A stretch of DNA of 64,000 bases from positions 8,370,001-8,434,000 of the forward strand of contig OZ024752.1 in the NCBI GenBank assembly GCA_964016885.1. The letters are read 5' to 3'. Numbering within the stretch: position 1 is the stretch's first letter; the number at the start of each line of letters is the position of its first letter. The position numbers and the translations under genes were made by a program. The notes under the pieces were generated by a model, which saw only the letters and a program-made list of their open reading frames with translations, was not told the origin of the DNA and did not search any database. Of the stretch, positions 30,800 through 44,729 are shown in pieces. Source of the stretch: Eledone cirrhosa. Its lineage: Eukaryota.

Positions 30800-32135
30800 T
30801 AAAGATAAATTCACCTCCTGCAGCAAGACGAGAATACAAGGACCCCTCTTTATTTCAGACACAGATGACCAACAAAATCCTGTCTCCCCCCTCCCTGCCC
30901 CTCCAACACATCCATTCCACCCTCCCAACTTCAGAGTTGGTACCATGAACATAGGCACATTGAAAGGTCGCTGAAATGAGGTTGTAGAGATGCTTGAACG
31001 TAAAGAAGTTGATGTTTGTTGTATTCAAGAGACTAGGTGGAGAGGGGGGGGGTCTGCCAGATTCATCATAGGTAAAAAACGATGCTATAAACTTTTCTGG
31101 GTGGGAAATGACAACGGACTGGGTGGTGTAGGAATTATGTTAGCTGAAAAATGGGTAGATAAGGTAATTGACGTAAATAGAGTGAATGACAGAATAATTG
31201 AATTAAGACTAGTTCTAAATAGAACTACTGTGACAATAATATCTGCTTATGCACCCTAATCTAGTCTACCTGATGTTATAAAGGACAGGTTCTATGAGAT
31301 GCTAATGCACACTACCTCCCAAATAACCGACAGCGACTACTTAATTATTGCTGGCAATCTAAACGGTCACGTTGGACAACATAGTGATGGCTATGATGGA
31401 ATCCATGGAGGCTATGGGGTTGGAAATAGAAATGAGGAGGGCTTCAGAATCCTGGAATTATGTGACGCAAATAGCCTAACTATCTGTAACACAAACTTCA
31501 AAATATGTGAAAACCACTTGATCACCTATAGATCAGGGGAACATGCCAGCCAGATAGATTATATCCTTACTAGAAGACGGGACAAAATGGCTGTTGTAAA
31601 CACTAAATCCCTCCCCCGTGAAGAATGCACCTCCCAACATAGCCTAGTAGTTAGTGACCTCATAGTCAGGAATAGACGTACTCGACGACAGAGGAGGCCT
31701 ACCTTGAGGAGAAGAATATGGAAGTTGAAGGACCCCATAGCCAGTGACAAATTTAAAAGCTTATTACTTGATGCCTTTGACAATAAGGAAGAGCAAGTAG
31801 AGACGTGCAATATAGAGGAACAGTGGCAATTCTTGAAAGTGAACCTGCTGAAAGCAACGGATGAAATCTGTGGCTGGAGCAGACCTATTGGCAGGAGGAG
31901 AGTAACTTGGTGGTGGAACAGTGAGGTGGAAGAGACAATCAAGGCCAAAAAGCAGGCTTGGAAAGTATGGCAGGATGGGGGAAGTAGAGAAGACTATCAA
32001 GTGGCCAGGAGAGAGGCTAGGAGACAAGTGTACCTTGCAAAAAGGGTAGCAGAGGATAGAAAGTTCAAGCATGTTCTACAACGTGAGGACCAAAAACGTG
32101 AGGTGTTCAGGATTGCTAGACAATGTGTCAAGGAA
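30800..32135 (+). pseudogene. RTE LINE apurinic-endonuclease region, disrupted by stops
   Basis: VGTMNIGTL, CIQETRW, GVGIML, ISAYAP, AGNLNGHVG, SQIDYIL, SQHSLVVSD and TWWWNSEV motifs; in-frame stops at ~30972 and 31257. Confidence 0.88.
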
Positions 32136-32136
32136 A

Positions 32137-32532
<396 letters not shown>

Positions 32533-32967
32533 ATATATATATATAATATATATTATATATTTATATATACATATATTATATATATATATATACATATATT
32601 ATATATTAATATATACATATATTATATATATATATATATACATATATTATATATATATATATATATAATATATATTATATATTTATATATATATATATAT
32701 TATTTAAAATATTAATAAATGAATATTTTGAATAATATTAATAACTCCAGAAAACTTCACTGTAGAGTGCTTTTAATCTATTGCAAAACTATATTCATTG
32801 AGTAATCAATGAACCATATTAATCTTTGGTTATATATATATATATATTTGGTTATATATATATATATATATTTGGTGTTATATATATATATATTTGGTTA
32901 TATATATATATATATTTGGTTATATATTTGGTTATATATATATATATATATTTGGTTATATATTTGG

Positions 32968-33262
<295 letters not shown>

Positions 33263-33544
33263 TTCTACTTGATTACACCTGATGTCCCCCTTCCATACAC
33301 ATGCACACATGTGTATATCATGACTCATGCACTGTTCATTTTCCTGACGTTTGTACATTACCTTATGTACTATGCATACACTTTTGATGAGTTGTAGTGC
33401 ACCTTAGCACTGTACACAATATTTTCATTATTATAATTTATACCTGGAATTGTGACCGATAGATAGTACTAGCAACTGGAAAGACCGATGAAAACATTAT
33501 TTCCTCGGTCCGATCTGACGAAAGTCGATCGATGAGAGAGATAT

Positions 33545-33975
33545 ATCTAATTATACTGAGAGCTGTTGGCTAACTACCTTTCCCAGCCGGTGGCATTTGA
33601 GATGTTTAGGGGAGTTGGGTAACTAACTGCAAGGTTCTTGTCTTCACTGGTGGCTCGCCTAATTGAGGTAACTGGTGAATGCTTGTGAGGGTGCTTGGCT
33701 ATTCCAGCGCCTCAGCCTTGCCATCACCCGAGATAACTGGTGATGCTCGTGAGAGTGCTTGGCTGTTCCAGTGCCTCAGCCTCGTCATCACCCGAGATAA
33801 CTGATGCTCGTGAGGGTGCTTGGCTGTTCGAGTGCCTCCCCTCACCATCACCCGAGATAACTAGTGAATGCTCGTGAGGGTGCTTGGCTGTTCGAGTGCC
33901 TCAGCCTCGCCTTCACCCGAGATAACTGGCGATGCTCGTGAGGGTGCTTGGCTATTCCAGCGCCTCAGCCTCGCT
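33545..33975 (+). mobile_element. CRE-clade LINE fragment with ~64-bp tandem array (5 copies)
   Basis: FQPVAFEMFRGVG...FLSSLVARLIEVT...EGAWLFQRLSLAITR, homologous to 55814-56030. Confidence 0.75.
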
Positions 33976-34415
33976 ATAAAAATATATATTAAGCTATAGA
34001 AAATTAGTATTAAACCATGTAAAATGTATATTAAGCTATATAAAATGTATATTAAGCTATATAAAATGTATATTAAGCTATAGAAAATGTATATTAAGCT
34101 ATAGAAAATTAGTATTAAACCATGTAAAATGTATATTAAGCTATATAAAATGTATATTAAGCTATAGAAAATGTATATTAAGCTATAGAAAATTAGTATT
34201 AAACCATGTAAAATGTATATTAAGCTATATAAAATGTATATTAAGCAATATAGAATAAAACCTTATTCTCGTTATAATAAATCTATTGTGTCATTTTAGT
34301 GTAATGTTTGACTGTAATATCCACCAGCTGATGTACATGTTTCTCTCACATGACTACATGACCTTCTGACTAATGACTAAACTTCTTAACATCTATATAT
34401 AGATATAAATATACA

Positions 34416-34512
<97 letters not shown>

Positions 34513-34588
34513 CTGTATATGTATATCTATATATATATATATAGTGACGAAACATAAGTCAATTGCATGAACTCATAATCCTTTGTTT

Positions 34589-34644
34589 ACTGCTATATAT
34601 ATTTCGATGATAGCCATTGAATGGCTATGACCTCATCAGGCAGT
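34589..34644 (-). ncRNA. minimal type I hammerhead ribozyme motif
   Basis: Minus strand: ACTGC-CTGATGA-GGTcATAGCCAT(TCA)ATGGCTATcATC-GAAA-TATATA-TA^GCAGT. Confidence 0.82.
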
Positions 34645-34707
34645 TAGTTAGTCAGTTCTTAGATATGCCAGCTCTGTGTTTATGGTGTTGATGGTATCAG
34701 GGCCTTG

Positions 34708-34745
<38 letters not shown>

Positions 34746-34774
34746 TATCAGGGCCTTGGGATATATATATATAT

Positions 34775-35245
34775 AGAGGTACCTGGTCTTTCTACTATCT
34801 TAATATTGAGTTATGTTTATCTAGGGCCCTTCTAAATTTGTAAGCTAATTCACCTCTAGGGGTTGTATCGATGAACATTACACTCTGGTATTTATTGCTA
34901 TCATACCATGAGTTTATTCTATTAACCTTATTCCTAGTTCTTTCTATTCTATTCCAAAATTTGCTCCTATACAAGGGGCAGGTCCCATTTGTATCATTAT
35001 CTACCATTTTTTCCCATTTGGTTCTGGCTCCTCTATATACTCTGATTTTATCTCTCTGATTGTAACCAGAGAACTGCATATGACGGATGAAGTGTTGTAT
35101 GTGTCTCTCTAGTTCTTTGGGGTTGCACATGCGGGACACGTTTCTCATCACCCGTACCAAATCCGCAATCAGTATGTTGATTTTGGTATGGTCCGAAACA
35201 GCTGAGTTTCGGTGGATCAGATATTTGGAAGTCATGGGTTAGGAG
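34775..35245 (-). mobile_element. Penelope-like element fragment (RT C-terminal/linker)
   Basis: KPMTSKYLI...[10 protein letters not shown]...YQSVMFID, paralogous to 14700-15130. Confidence 0.85.
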
Positions 35246-35252
35246 ATCAGAT

Positions 35253-35848
35253 TAGCATGGGAGGGGGTGTTCCGAGGTCATAGTATCTAGAATAAGGATG
35301 GCTTGGAAGAAGTTTAGGGAGCTGCTTCCTCTGCTGACGAAGAAGGGTTTCTCCCTGCGTACAAAAGGCCGGTTATATGATGCCTGTGTGAGGAGCGCGA
35401 TGCTACATGATAGTGAGACATGGGCAGCAACTGCAGAGGATATGCGATGGCTGGAGAGAAATGAGGCAAGTATGCTCCGTTGGATGTGCAGTGTCAATGT
35501 GCGTGAACGACCCAGCATGAATGTATTGAGAGAGAAACTGTGTCTGAGAAGGATAGAATGTAGTGTACGGGAGAGGAGACTGAGGTGGTATGGACATGTG
35601 ATACGCATGGAGGATGACCGATGGGTGAAGAAGTGCCAGGAAATGCCAGTTGAAGGAAGACGTGGTAGAGGTAGACCACGAAAAACATGGGCGGAGGTGG
35701 TGAGAACAGATCTCAGATCGCTGAAGTTCACGGTGGAGATGACGAAGGACCGTGACGAGTGGAGAGATGCTGTGCTGAATAGGACCCGTCCCACCCTTGC
35801 AAGCAGGGAAGAGCGGACGTAAAATGATGATGATGATGATGATGATGA
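35253..35848 (+). mobile_element. RTE LINE 3' fragment (third family)
   Basis: [12 protein letters not shown]...[12 protein letters not shown]...GRPRKTW; (GAT)n tail. Confidence 0.9.
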
Positions 35849-35870
35849 TATATATATATATATATATATA

Positions 35871-36235
35871 CTTTGGGAAGCAATAAACATAAATGAACTC
35901 CAACCAAAATTAAATAGAAAACATGAATGGAATAGAAATATCACAACTTACAATTAAGGACAAAATGAAAACACACACTCATAGAACAAACAACCAACCA
36001 GTAACATGTAAATAAACAAATAAAAACACACACAGACACCCGGATGTAACACATGTTGCAAACTAAGCACACAACACACACAAAGACAAGATGGCGTAGG
36101 ACAGAACAAAAGAGAGGCACAGGGCAGTGAAAAGAATCCCCAGTCACTGAAGATGTCACATAATGTGTGGCGAAGGAACTTTGACAATATATGAACAACC
36201 GTCCGGTTGTGGAACCAACCAACCGGAAATTTATA
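35871..36235 (+). mobile_element. Penelope-like 3' end (GIY-YIG C-terminus + pseudo-LTR region)
   Basis: EAININELQPKLNRKHEWN matches [19 protein letters not shown]; AC-rich UTR and degenerate hammerhead at 36143-36185. Confidence 0.75.
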
Positions 36236-36382
36236 AATTTTTTGAAAAAAAAAGAAAAAAAAATTTTTTAATTTATAATAAATTGAAGTGAAAGCAACTG
36301 GTGCGTGTGTTTCTTATTGGCAACATGACCCTACCAAAGTATAACAATATCGGTTTCATCTTGCTAAACAAATTCAGAAACG

Positions 36383-36413
<31 letters not shown>

Positions 36414-36695
36414 CTCTCATACATGTGTGCATGCGTGTGTGTCTATGTGAATGTGAGTGTGTATGTATATGTGTGTATGTATGTGTGTATGTGAGTGTAT
36501 GTGTATGTGTCTGTAAGTGATATGTATGTGTGTATGTGAGTGTGTATGTGTGTGTATGAGAGTGTGTATGTGTGAGAGTGTGTATGTGTCTGTGAGTGAT
36601 ATGTATGTGTGTATGTGTATGTATGTGAGTATGTATATGTCTGTCAGTGATATGTATGTGTGTATGTGAGTGTGTGTGTATGTGTATGTGAGTGT

Positions 36696-36868
36696 AATAG
36701 GAGGGAGGAGACCCTGGACAGAAAGTAATCAACCAGGAAGGGGTCCCTAATAGGAGGGAGGAGACCCTGGACAGAAAGTAATCAACCAGGAAGGGGTCCC
36801 TAATAGGAGGGAGGAGACCCTGGACAGAAAGTAATCAACCAGGAAGGGGTCCCTAATAGGAGGGAGGG
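36696..36868. repeat. 53-bp tandem repeat, 3 copies
   Basis: TAATAGGAGGGAGGAGACCCTGGACAGAAAGTAATCAACCAGGAAGGGGTCCC. Confidence 0.92.
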
Positions 36869-37605
36869 AGAAGACAGAAAGGAGTGGAAGTGAATGTATG
36901 ACTGGCTCGAAAATCTCTTTGATTAATGTTTAAATATTCCTGGCTACATTTCCAATTATATATTTTTATAAACAGTAAGTTCAAAGTTATATATCCTACT
37001 ATATATTTTTATAAACAGTAAGTTCAAAGCTATATATCCTACTATATATTTTTATAAACAGTAAGTTCAAAGCTATATTTAATACTATATATTTTTATAA
37101 ACAGTAAGTTCAAAGCTATATTTAATACTATATATTTTTATAAACAGTTAACTCAACCAGATGAAATTTAATTTTCCAGATCTGGTACACTATTACTCAT
37201 TCTAATTACAATTGGATAACAATTTAATCTTTATCTTAAACCTACTGCAGTTGTGTATGATAAGCCACGTTTTATCTAGATGTGATTAATACCACCCCAC
37301 ATAACTGGTTAAGGATGAAACTTCTTAGTTGTTTGATTGGTCCAAGAATCTACAGACTTCACACTTTGAGGTGCTAGCTTTATCAGGATGAAAGGTTCAT
37401 GCTTTGTAGAACATTCTATGTTCCATGATATCAGAGATATGACTTATCTCACAGATCTCAAGACATTAATGGCTGATTTGTTCTTCGTATTTCCTGGTGG
37501 TGGTGGTGGTAGTGGTGATGGTGGTGGTGGTGGTGATAATGATGACAAGGATGATGATCACAATCATGATGATGATGACGATAGTGGTGATGATGACGAC
37601 AATGA

Positions 37606-37637
<32 letters not shown>

Positions 37638-38384
37638 ATGGTGATGATGATGATAATGGTGGTGGTGATGGTGGTGGTGATGATGATGATGGTGAACATA
37701 TATTAAAATGCTTGTATTATTAATATTCCTGATAAGACAGAACAAAGTTCAGACATTGTGCCCTTTAAAAGATGTCCTGATGTTCTACGACAGTAGTTGA
37801 CTTCTTAGACCCTCTTAACACTTTGATAAGATACAAACACTTATAACATATATATAAGGGTGGACTAGATAGATTATGTAAGGATCTTCTCCTCTTCTTC
37901 TTCAGAGGGCCGGACACCATGCTTTGCAGCATAGAGTTACGGCCCTTTATGATCTGAGTTCAAATCCCGTCGAGGTTAACTTTGCCTTTCATCCTTATAG
38001 GGGGTTGATAAAATAAAGTACCAGTCGCGCACTTAAATCCAATGCTCCTAGGGGCGGCCCTGGTTCTTCTTATTTGCGAGTGTAAAGTCGGTCAGATTAG
38101 ATTAGACAAGATATATTAACAAACATTTAGTCCTGACAAAAGGACGTTACAAAGACTTTACAGAGACGTTACAGAGAAAAATAAAATAAAATAACATCTT
38201 GTTACTTTGAACTTGTGTCTCATTAACATAGTAAATCTTATTTCACAGCAAAAAAGCACAACTTCCTTATTATTTCAATGTTTTAACTCTTTTGATACCA
38301 AACTGGCTGAAACTGGACACGATTCAATGAAATTTATTTTAAGTTTCCTGTTTAAATTAAAATCTTCCAACATAATTTCATACC

Positions 38385-38972
38385 CCACATTTTTTCACAC
38401 TCAGAGTTTCTGAAGCATGGAACAAACTACCTGCATCAGTTGTTAGCTGTCGAGACACTGCATCCTTTAAAACCTCCATGGAACAAACTACCTGCATCAG
38501 TTGTTAGCTGTCGAGACACAGCATCCTTTAAAACCTCCATGGAACAAACTACCTGCATCAGTTGTTAGCTGTCGAGACACTGCATCCTTTAAAACCTCCA
38601 TGGAACAAACTACCTGCATCAGTTGTTAGCTGTCGAGACACAGCATCCTTTAAAACCTCCATGGAACAAACTACCTGCATCAGTTGTTAGCTGTCGAGAC
38701 ACTGCATCCTTTAAAACCTCCATGGAACAAACTACCTGCATCAGTTGTTAGCTGTCGAGACACAGCATCCTTTAAAACCTCCATGCTTCCTGAGATTCGC
38801 CAACACTATACCTGATATTCCCTCTCCATACACATACACACACATGTATATCATGACTCATACACTATTCACTTCCCTGACATTTGTACATTATTCTATG
38901 TACCATACATGCACCTTTGATGAGTTGTAGTGCACCTGAACACTGTACACAATAATTTCATTATTATTATTA
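38385..38972 (+). mobile_element. CR1 3' fragment with 6 copies of the same 61-bp unit
   Basis: HFFTLRV...WNKLPASVVSCRD unit x6 (38416-38781), then CR1 3'UTR and (ATT)n tail. Confidence 0.9.
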
Positions 38973-39533
38973 TCATTTTTACTCTAATTTACTCCAAACT
39001 TTCACACTAATCTATCCACTGGTAAAGATACTATAAACATTTGAATTAACAAACCTGTTTTTACATATATACTGCTATATCATCACAGGATGTTAAGTGT
39101 TAAGTAACGGGGAAGAAATGGGGATTAAAGATTTCCTAGTTTTTAGTTTCCCTTCCATTTTTAGTGACAACTAAAATCAGATGACAGAAAGTTTCTTTGT
39201 TCATTGCTCACATGACTCTGTATTATATTTAGTTTAGTTTATTTTTGCTGTAGAAGGGAAAGTTGTATCTTTACCATAGGTAAAGAATAAAACATATTAC
39301 CGGATTACTTGAAAAGAGTTTTGCTGACGAACTGTAAAGGAAATAACTGAAGTATTTATAGGTGAAGAAAGAATAGAAGTATTTCTATGTTAAGAAATAA
39401 GTAGTTATCTAGCCAGAAACAGTCCTATATGGAGCAAGACATGGTCATCTGACCCATCTAACTTGTGCTTCTGTGGAACATAGACATTAAATGATAATGA
39501 TGATGATGTTAATAAATAAGTATTATATGTTAA

Positions 39534-41220
39534 CCCTTTACCATTTACTTTACTCTATAGATACTGTTGTAGTTTCACAGTAAAGACTTTACCTCACATA
39601 ATATCTCACATAACATTTACATTACTCTATATATACTATTGTATTTTCACAGTAAAGGCTTTACCTCACATAACATTTACATTACTCTATATATACTATT
39701 GTATTTTCACAGTAAAGGCTTTACCTCACATATCTCACATAACATTTACATTACTCTATATATACTATTGTATTTTCACAGTAAAAGCTTTACCTCACAT
39801 AATATCTCACATAACATTTACATTACTCTATATATACTATTGTATTTTCACAGTAAAGGCTTTACCTCACATAACATTTACATTACTCTATATATACTAT
39901 TGTATTTTCACAGTAAAGGCTTTACCTCACATATCTCACATAACATTTACATTACTCTATATATACTATTGTATTTTCACAGTAAAGGCTTTACCTCACA
40001 AAATATCTCATAACATTTACATTACTCTATATATACTATTGTATTTTCACAGTAAAGGCTTTACCTCACATAACATTTACATTACTCTATACTATTGTAT
40101 TGTCACAGTAAAGGCTTTACCTCACATAATATCTCACATAACATTTACATTACTCTATATATACTATTGTATTTTCACAGTAAAGGCTTTACCTCACATA
40201 ATATCTCACATAACATTTACATTACTCTATATATACTATTGTATTTTCACAGTAAAGGCTTTACCTCACATAACATTTACATTACTCTATACTATTGTAT
40301 TTTCACAGTAAAGGCTTTACCTCACATATCTCACATAACATTTACATTACTCTATATATACTATTGTATTTTCACAGTAAAGGCTTTACCTCACATAACA
40401 TTTACATTACTCTATACTATTGTATTGTCACAGTAAAGGCTTTACCTCACATAATATCTCACATAACATTTACATTACTCTATATATACTATTGTATTTT
40501 CACAGTAAAGGCTTTGCCTCACATAATATCTCAAATAACATTTACATTACTCTATATATACTATTGTATTTTCACAGTAAAGGCTTTACCTCACATAATA
40601 ACTCACATAACATTAACATTACTCTATATATACTATTGTATTTTCACAGTAAAGGCTTTACCTCACATAACATTTACATTACTCTATACTATTGTATTTT
40701 CACAGTAAAGGCTTTACCTCACATAATATCTCACATAACATTTACATTACTCTATATATACTATTGTATTTTCACAGTAAAGGCTTTACCTCACAAAATA
40801 TCTCATAACATTTACATTACTCTATATATACTATTGTATTTTCACAGTAAAGTCTTTACCTCATAATATCTCACATAACATTTACATTACTCTATATATA
40901 CTATTGTATTTTCACAGTAAAGTCTTTACCTCATAATATCTCACATAACATTTACAATACTCTATATATACTATTGTATTTTCACAGTAAAGGCTTTACC
41001 TCACATAATACCTCACATAACATTTACATTACTCTATATATACTATTGTAGTTTCACAGTAAAAGCTTTACCTCACATAATATCAAATCTATGACATTTT
41101 GATATTATTTATTTTGAGAACAATACCTTAATATAAGTAAGAGTGGCCAGTTACAGCCAGTTTAAAAAGAAAGAGGTGAGAGAATTCTGGCCAGATATGG
41201 CTGGTTTAAATGTTAAAGGG
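39534..41220 (+). mobile_element. piggyBac-type MITE expanded to ~1.7 kb by an internal 60/71-bp tandem array
   Basis: TTAA-CCCTTTACCATTT...AAATGTTAAAGGG-TTAA; the unexpanded form is ~205 bp (47063, 50484, 63635). Confidence 0.88.
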
Positions 41221-41449
41221 TTAATAAATATGTATTGATGTGATAAGAAATAACCTATCATGATCAGCATTAGAATAAGCTAAGTACAACAGAGAGTAAA
41301 AGGGTGCACTGGTTATATTGTGCCAAGTTTGTGACACCATTTCACTTCCTATTGACACCAGCTCAGTTAACTTTCATTAACATTCCTTGTGGGATTCACT
41401 TGTTTCAAAGCCTAATTAGGAATGATGGTAGTGGTGGTGGTGGTGATGG

Positions 41450-41482
<33 letters not shown>

Positions 41483-42840
41483 GGGTAATAGTGGTGGAGG
41501 AGGTAGTGGTGATGGCGGTGGAGTTCACAGTAAAAGCAAAGCCACATTAATTGTATGTTTATCATAAACCAAGTCCTCACTAGAGACTGGGTCACATTAA
41601 CTTATGATCAGGTGCCAAGACTTTCAGCTATTCCAGGACCCCTCTGGCACTTCAAACTTTTACTCCACTACAACGGAAAATATTGACAGGGCACCAGATC
41701 CCTGTAGAACCCTTTGTCTTCAGTCTAGTCTACTTTATGAATAATAATTGTTTCTACTTTTGGCACAAGGCCAGCAATTACCCCAGTGTATTACTGGTAC
41801 TTTATTTTATCGACCCCGTAAGGATGAAAGGCAAAGTCAACCTCGGCAGGATTTGAACTCAGATTGTAAAGGGACGTAACTATGCTGGAAAGCATGGCGT
41901 CCGACCCTCTACCAATACTGCCAATCCACCAATAATAATGAAAATATTGTGTACAGTGCTAAGGTGCACTACAACTCATCAAAAGTGTATGTATAGTACA
42001 TAGGGTAATGTACAAACATCAGGAAAATGAACAGTGCATGAGTCATGATATTCACATGTGTGCATGTGTATGGAAGGTTTAACCCTATGATGGACTGGCG
42101 TCCTGTCCAGGGGGGGGGGGGGGTCATGTACTCTCAGTTGCTTTACACCACAGAAACCAAGATAGGTACCGGCCTGAAGAGTCTGTAGGCTCCAGGGAGA
42201 CTTTAGACCTTTTCTTTTACTATTTAGAGCTACAAAGATAAAGCAAAACCTTCTCAGAAAGGTGACAGCTCTAAGATCTTTAATCATCGGTCTGCTTAAT
42301 GACAGTTGACCTGGGGCTAAACAACAACTACAACTACAACAACCTAGTTTAAAATCTGGGTCAGCATGTGACTGCGTGAAAGGAAACGAGAGATAAAAGG
42401 ATGTTGATATTTATATAAAGTATATTAAATGTAGACCTATATTTGGAAGGCTCTATTAATATTCGTTATTGTATTAAATCACTTTCAACACAAAAGATAT
42501 GCTTCAAATAAATGTAATATTTACATTAACCATTTTGTTATTATGTCTCTATAAAGTTGAATTCCTGTCTGTCTGTTTGTTTGTTTGTTCATGAACTCCT
42601 CCTATAGTTTTGGAGATAGACCCCCATAACCATATATATTCTGAAACTACATTGCCCAGGGTACTTAGATAAGTATATTTCATTTTAATCAAAGGGTTCC
42701 CTAGGGGCACAAAACCCCATTGAAAATTTTTTCCCTTCGATTTATATGTAACCATAGGTAAATGACAAGATATGATGGCTATTCAGGAAAGTTTTTAAAT
42801 TTAAAAAAAATTATTTACAAGAAACAAAATAAGAATAAGA

Positions 42841-44729
42841 TTAGCATTTAAACCAGCTATATCTGGCCAGAATTCTCTCACCTCTTTCTGTTCAATCTGG
42901 CTGCTCATACTTATGTTAAGGTATTGTACTCAAAATAAATAACATCAAAATCTCATAGATTCAATATTATGTGAGATATTATGAGAGTAAAGTCTTTACT
43001 GTGAAAATACAATAGTATATATAGAGTAATGTAAATGGTATGTGAGATATTATGTGAGGTAAAGACTTTACTGTGAAAATACAATAGTATATAGAGAGTA
43101 ATGTAAATGTTATATATAATATAAATATATAATGAAATTATTGTGTAAAGTGCTCAGGTGCACTACAACTCGTCAAAGGTGTATGTATAGTACATAGAAT
43201 AATACACAAATGTCAGGGAAGTGAATAGTGTATGAGTCATGGTATACATGTGTGTATGTGTATGGAGGGGGAACATTAGGTGTAGTGTTGGCGGATCTCG
43301 GGAAGCATGGAGGCCTTAAAGGATGCAGTGTCTCGACAGCTAACAACCGATGCAGGTAGTTTGTTCCATGCTTCAGCAACTCTGAGCGTGAAAAAATGTT
43401 TCCGAAAGTCATGGGAACTGTGGTGTTTTCTAACTTTGAGGGCATGCCCACGTGTGTTAGACACAGGGAAATCAAAAAGGTACTCAGGGTTGTTGTTGGC
43501 AAGATGGCTAACAATTTTGTGGGTGTTTACCAAGTCAGTTGCCAGGCGTCAGAGCTTCAATGTATCCATGCCCAGGGAAGCAAGGCACTCAGAGTATGGT
43601 AGATGCCTGATGGAGGGTATTCGCTTGGTTGCACGTCTCTTAACAGTTTCCAGGCGGTCAATGTTCTGAGCAAGATAGGGGTTCCAGACTGGTGATGCAA
43701 ATTCTAAGTGTGGCCGCACCATAGCCATGTACAGTCTTAAATAGATAGCTGGAGAGCGGCTGACAAAGGTCTTACTGAGTGATGCTAAGACACCCTCGGC
43801 CCTCTTGACAATTTTAGAGACATGCTTCGTCCAACGCAAATCGCTGCTGACCGTAATGCCCAGGTCACGTTCACAAGAAGACTTCTTGATATTAGTGCTG
43901 TGGAGGGAGTATGTGGACGCTGGGTTTTTACTCCCAAAATGCATGGTGGTGCACTTGTCCACAGCTAGCTTCAGTTGCCAGTCTGAGATCCATTGTTGCA
44001 TTGTGTCCAGGTCAGACTGCAAGCAAGATCTATAGTGTTCAGGATCTGTCCTTTTTATCTCAAGGTACAGCTTGATGTCATCTGCGTACTTTAGTACCGT
44101 GGCATTCTTTAAGTTGGCATCTATGTCATTAATATATGCCACAAACAAAAGGGGGCCAAGAACAGATCCCTATGGTACACCAGATGACATCTCATATGGT
44201 GAGGAATGCTTTCCTAGAACCGTGACTACCTCTCTTCGACTGAGAATGAAGGACTTCAGCCAGTTAAAAATATCATCCTTCACACCCATTGCAGAGAGTT
44301 TTGCCATAAGCCTTTTGTGTGGCACAGAATTGAAGGCTTTCACAAAGTCAAGGTAAACAATATCCACCCATGAGCCGCCATCAGTGATCCGGTTGATGTC
44401 CTCAAGAAACTCGATAAGTTGATCACAGCAGCTGGAGTTGGGGATAAATCCAAATTGCGAGGGCCGGATAAGACTGTGAGAGCTCCAGAAGTTCCAAAGT
44501 GTTTCTCTGACACAGGATTCCATCAGTTTGGCAATGCAACTAGTAAGACTGACTCGACGATAGTTCACAGGTGATGTGCGGTCACCCTTTTTGAACAGAG
44601 GAATGACACTGGCAGTTTTCCACTGTTCTGGAGTAGCACTGTTTTTCAGTTATGTGAGATATTATGTGAAGTAAAGCCTTTACTGTGAAAATACAATAGT
44701 ATATATAGAGTAATGTAAATACTAAAGGG
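42841..44729 (-). mobile_element. piggyBac-type MITE interrupted by a CR1 insertion
   Basis: MITE sequence at 42841-43113 and 44649-44729 (ends ACTAAAGGG-TTAA); GTTAT duplicated on both sides of the CR1. Confidence 0.8.
43125..44648 (-). mobile_element. 5'-truncated CR1-clade LINE (reverse transcriptase, inactivated)
   Basis: NYRRVSLTS, QFGF, YLDFVKAFNSVPH, SGVP*GSVLGP, KYADD, ERDLG, VRPHLEF and TRGH motifs; nonsense codons; 3'UTR with ATT tail. Confidence 0.93.

Noticed and set aside
33445-33535. Structured-looking repeat shared with ~51310-51385 containing CTGACGA/GAAA
   Set aside because: Motif order does not fit a hammerhead; treated as an unclassified repeat.
39639-40866. Repetitive MYFHSKGFTSH ORFs (also 59316-59765, 60704-61255)
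   Set aside because: Translation of the MITE internal tandem array.
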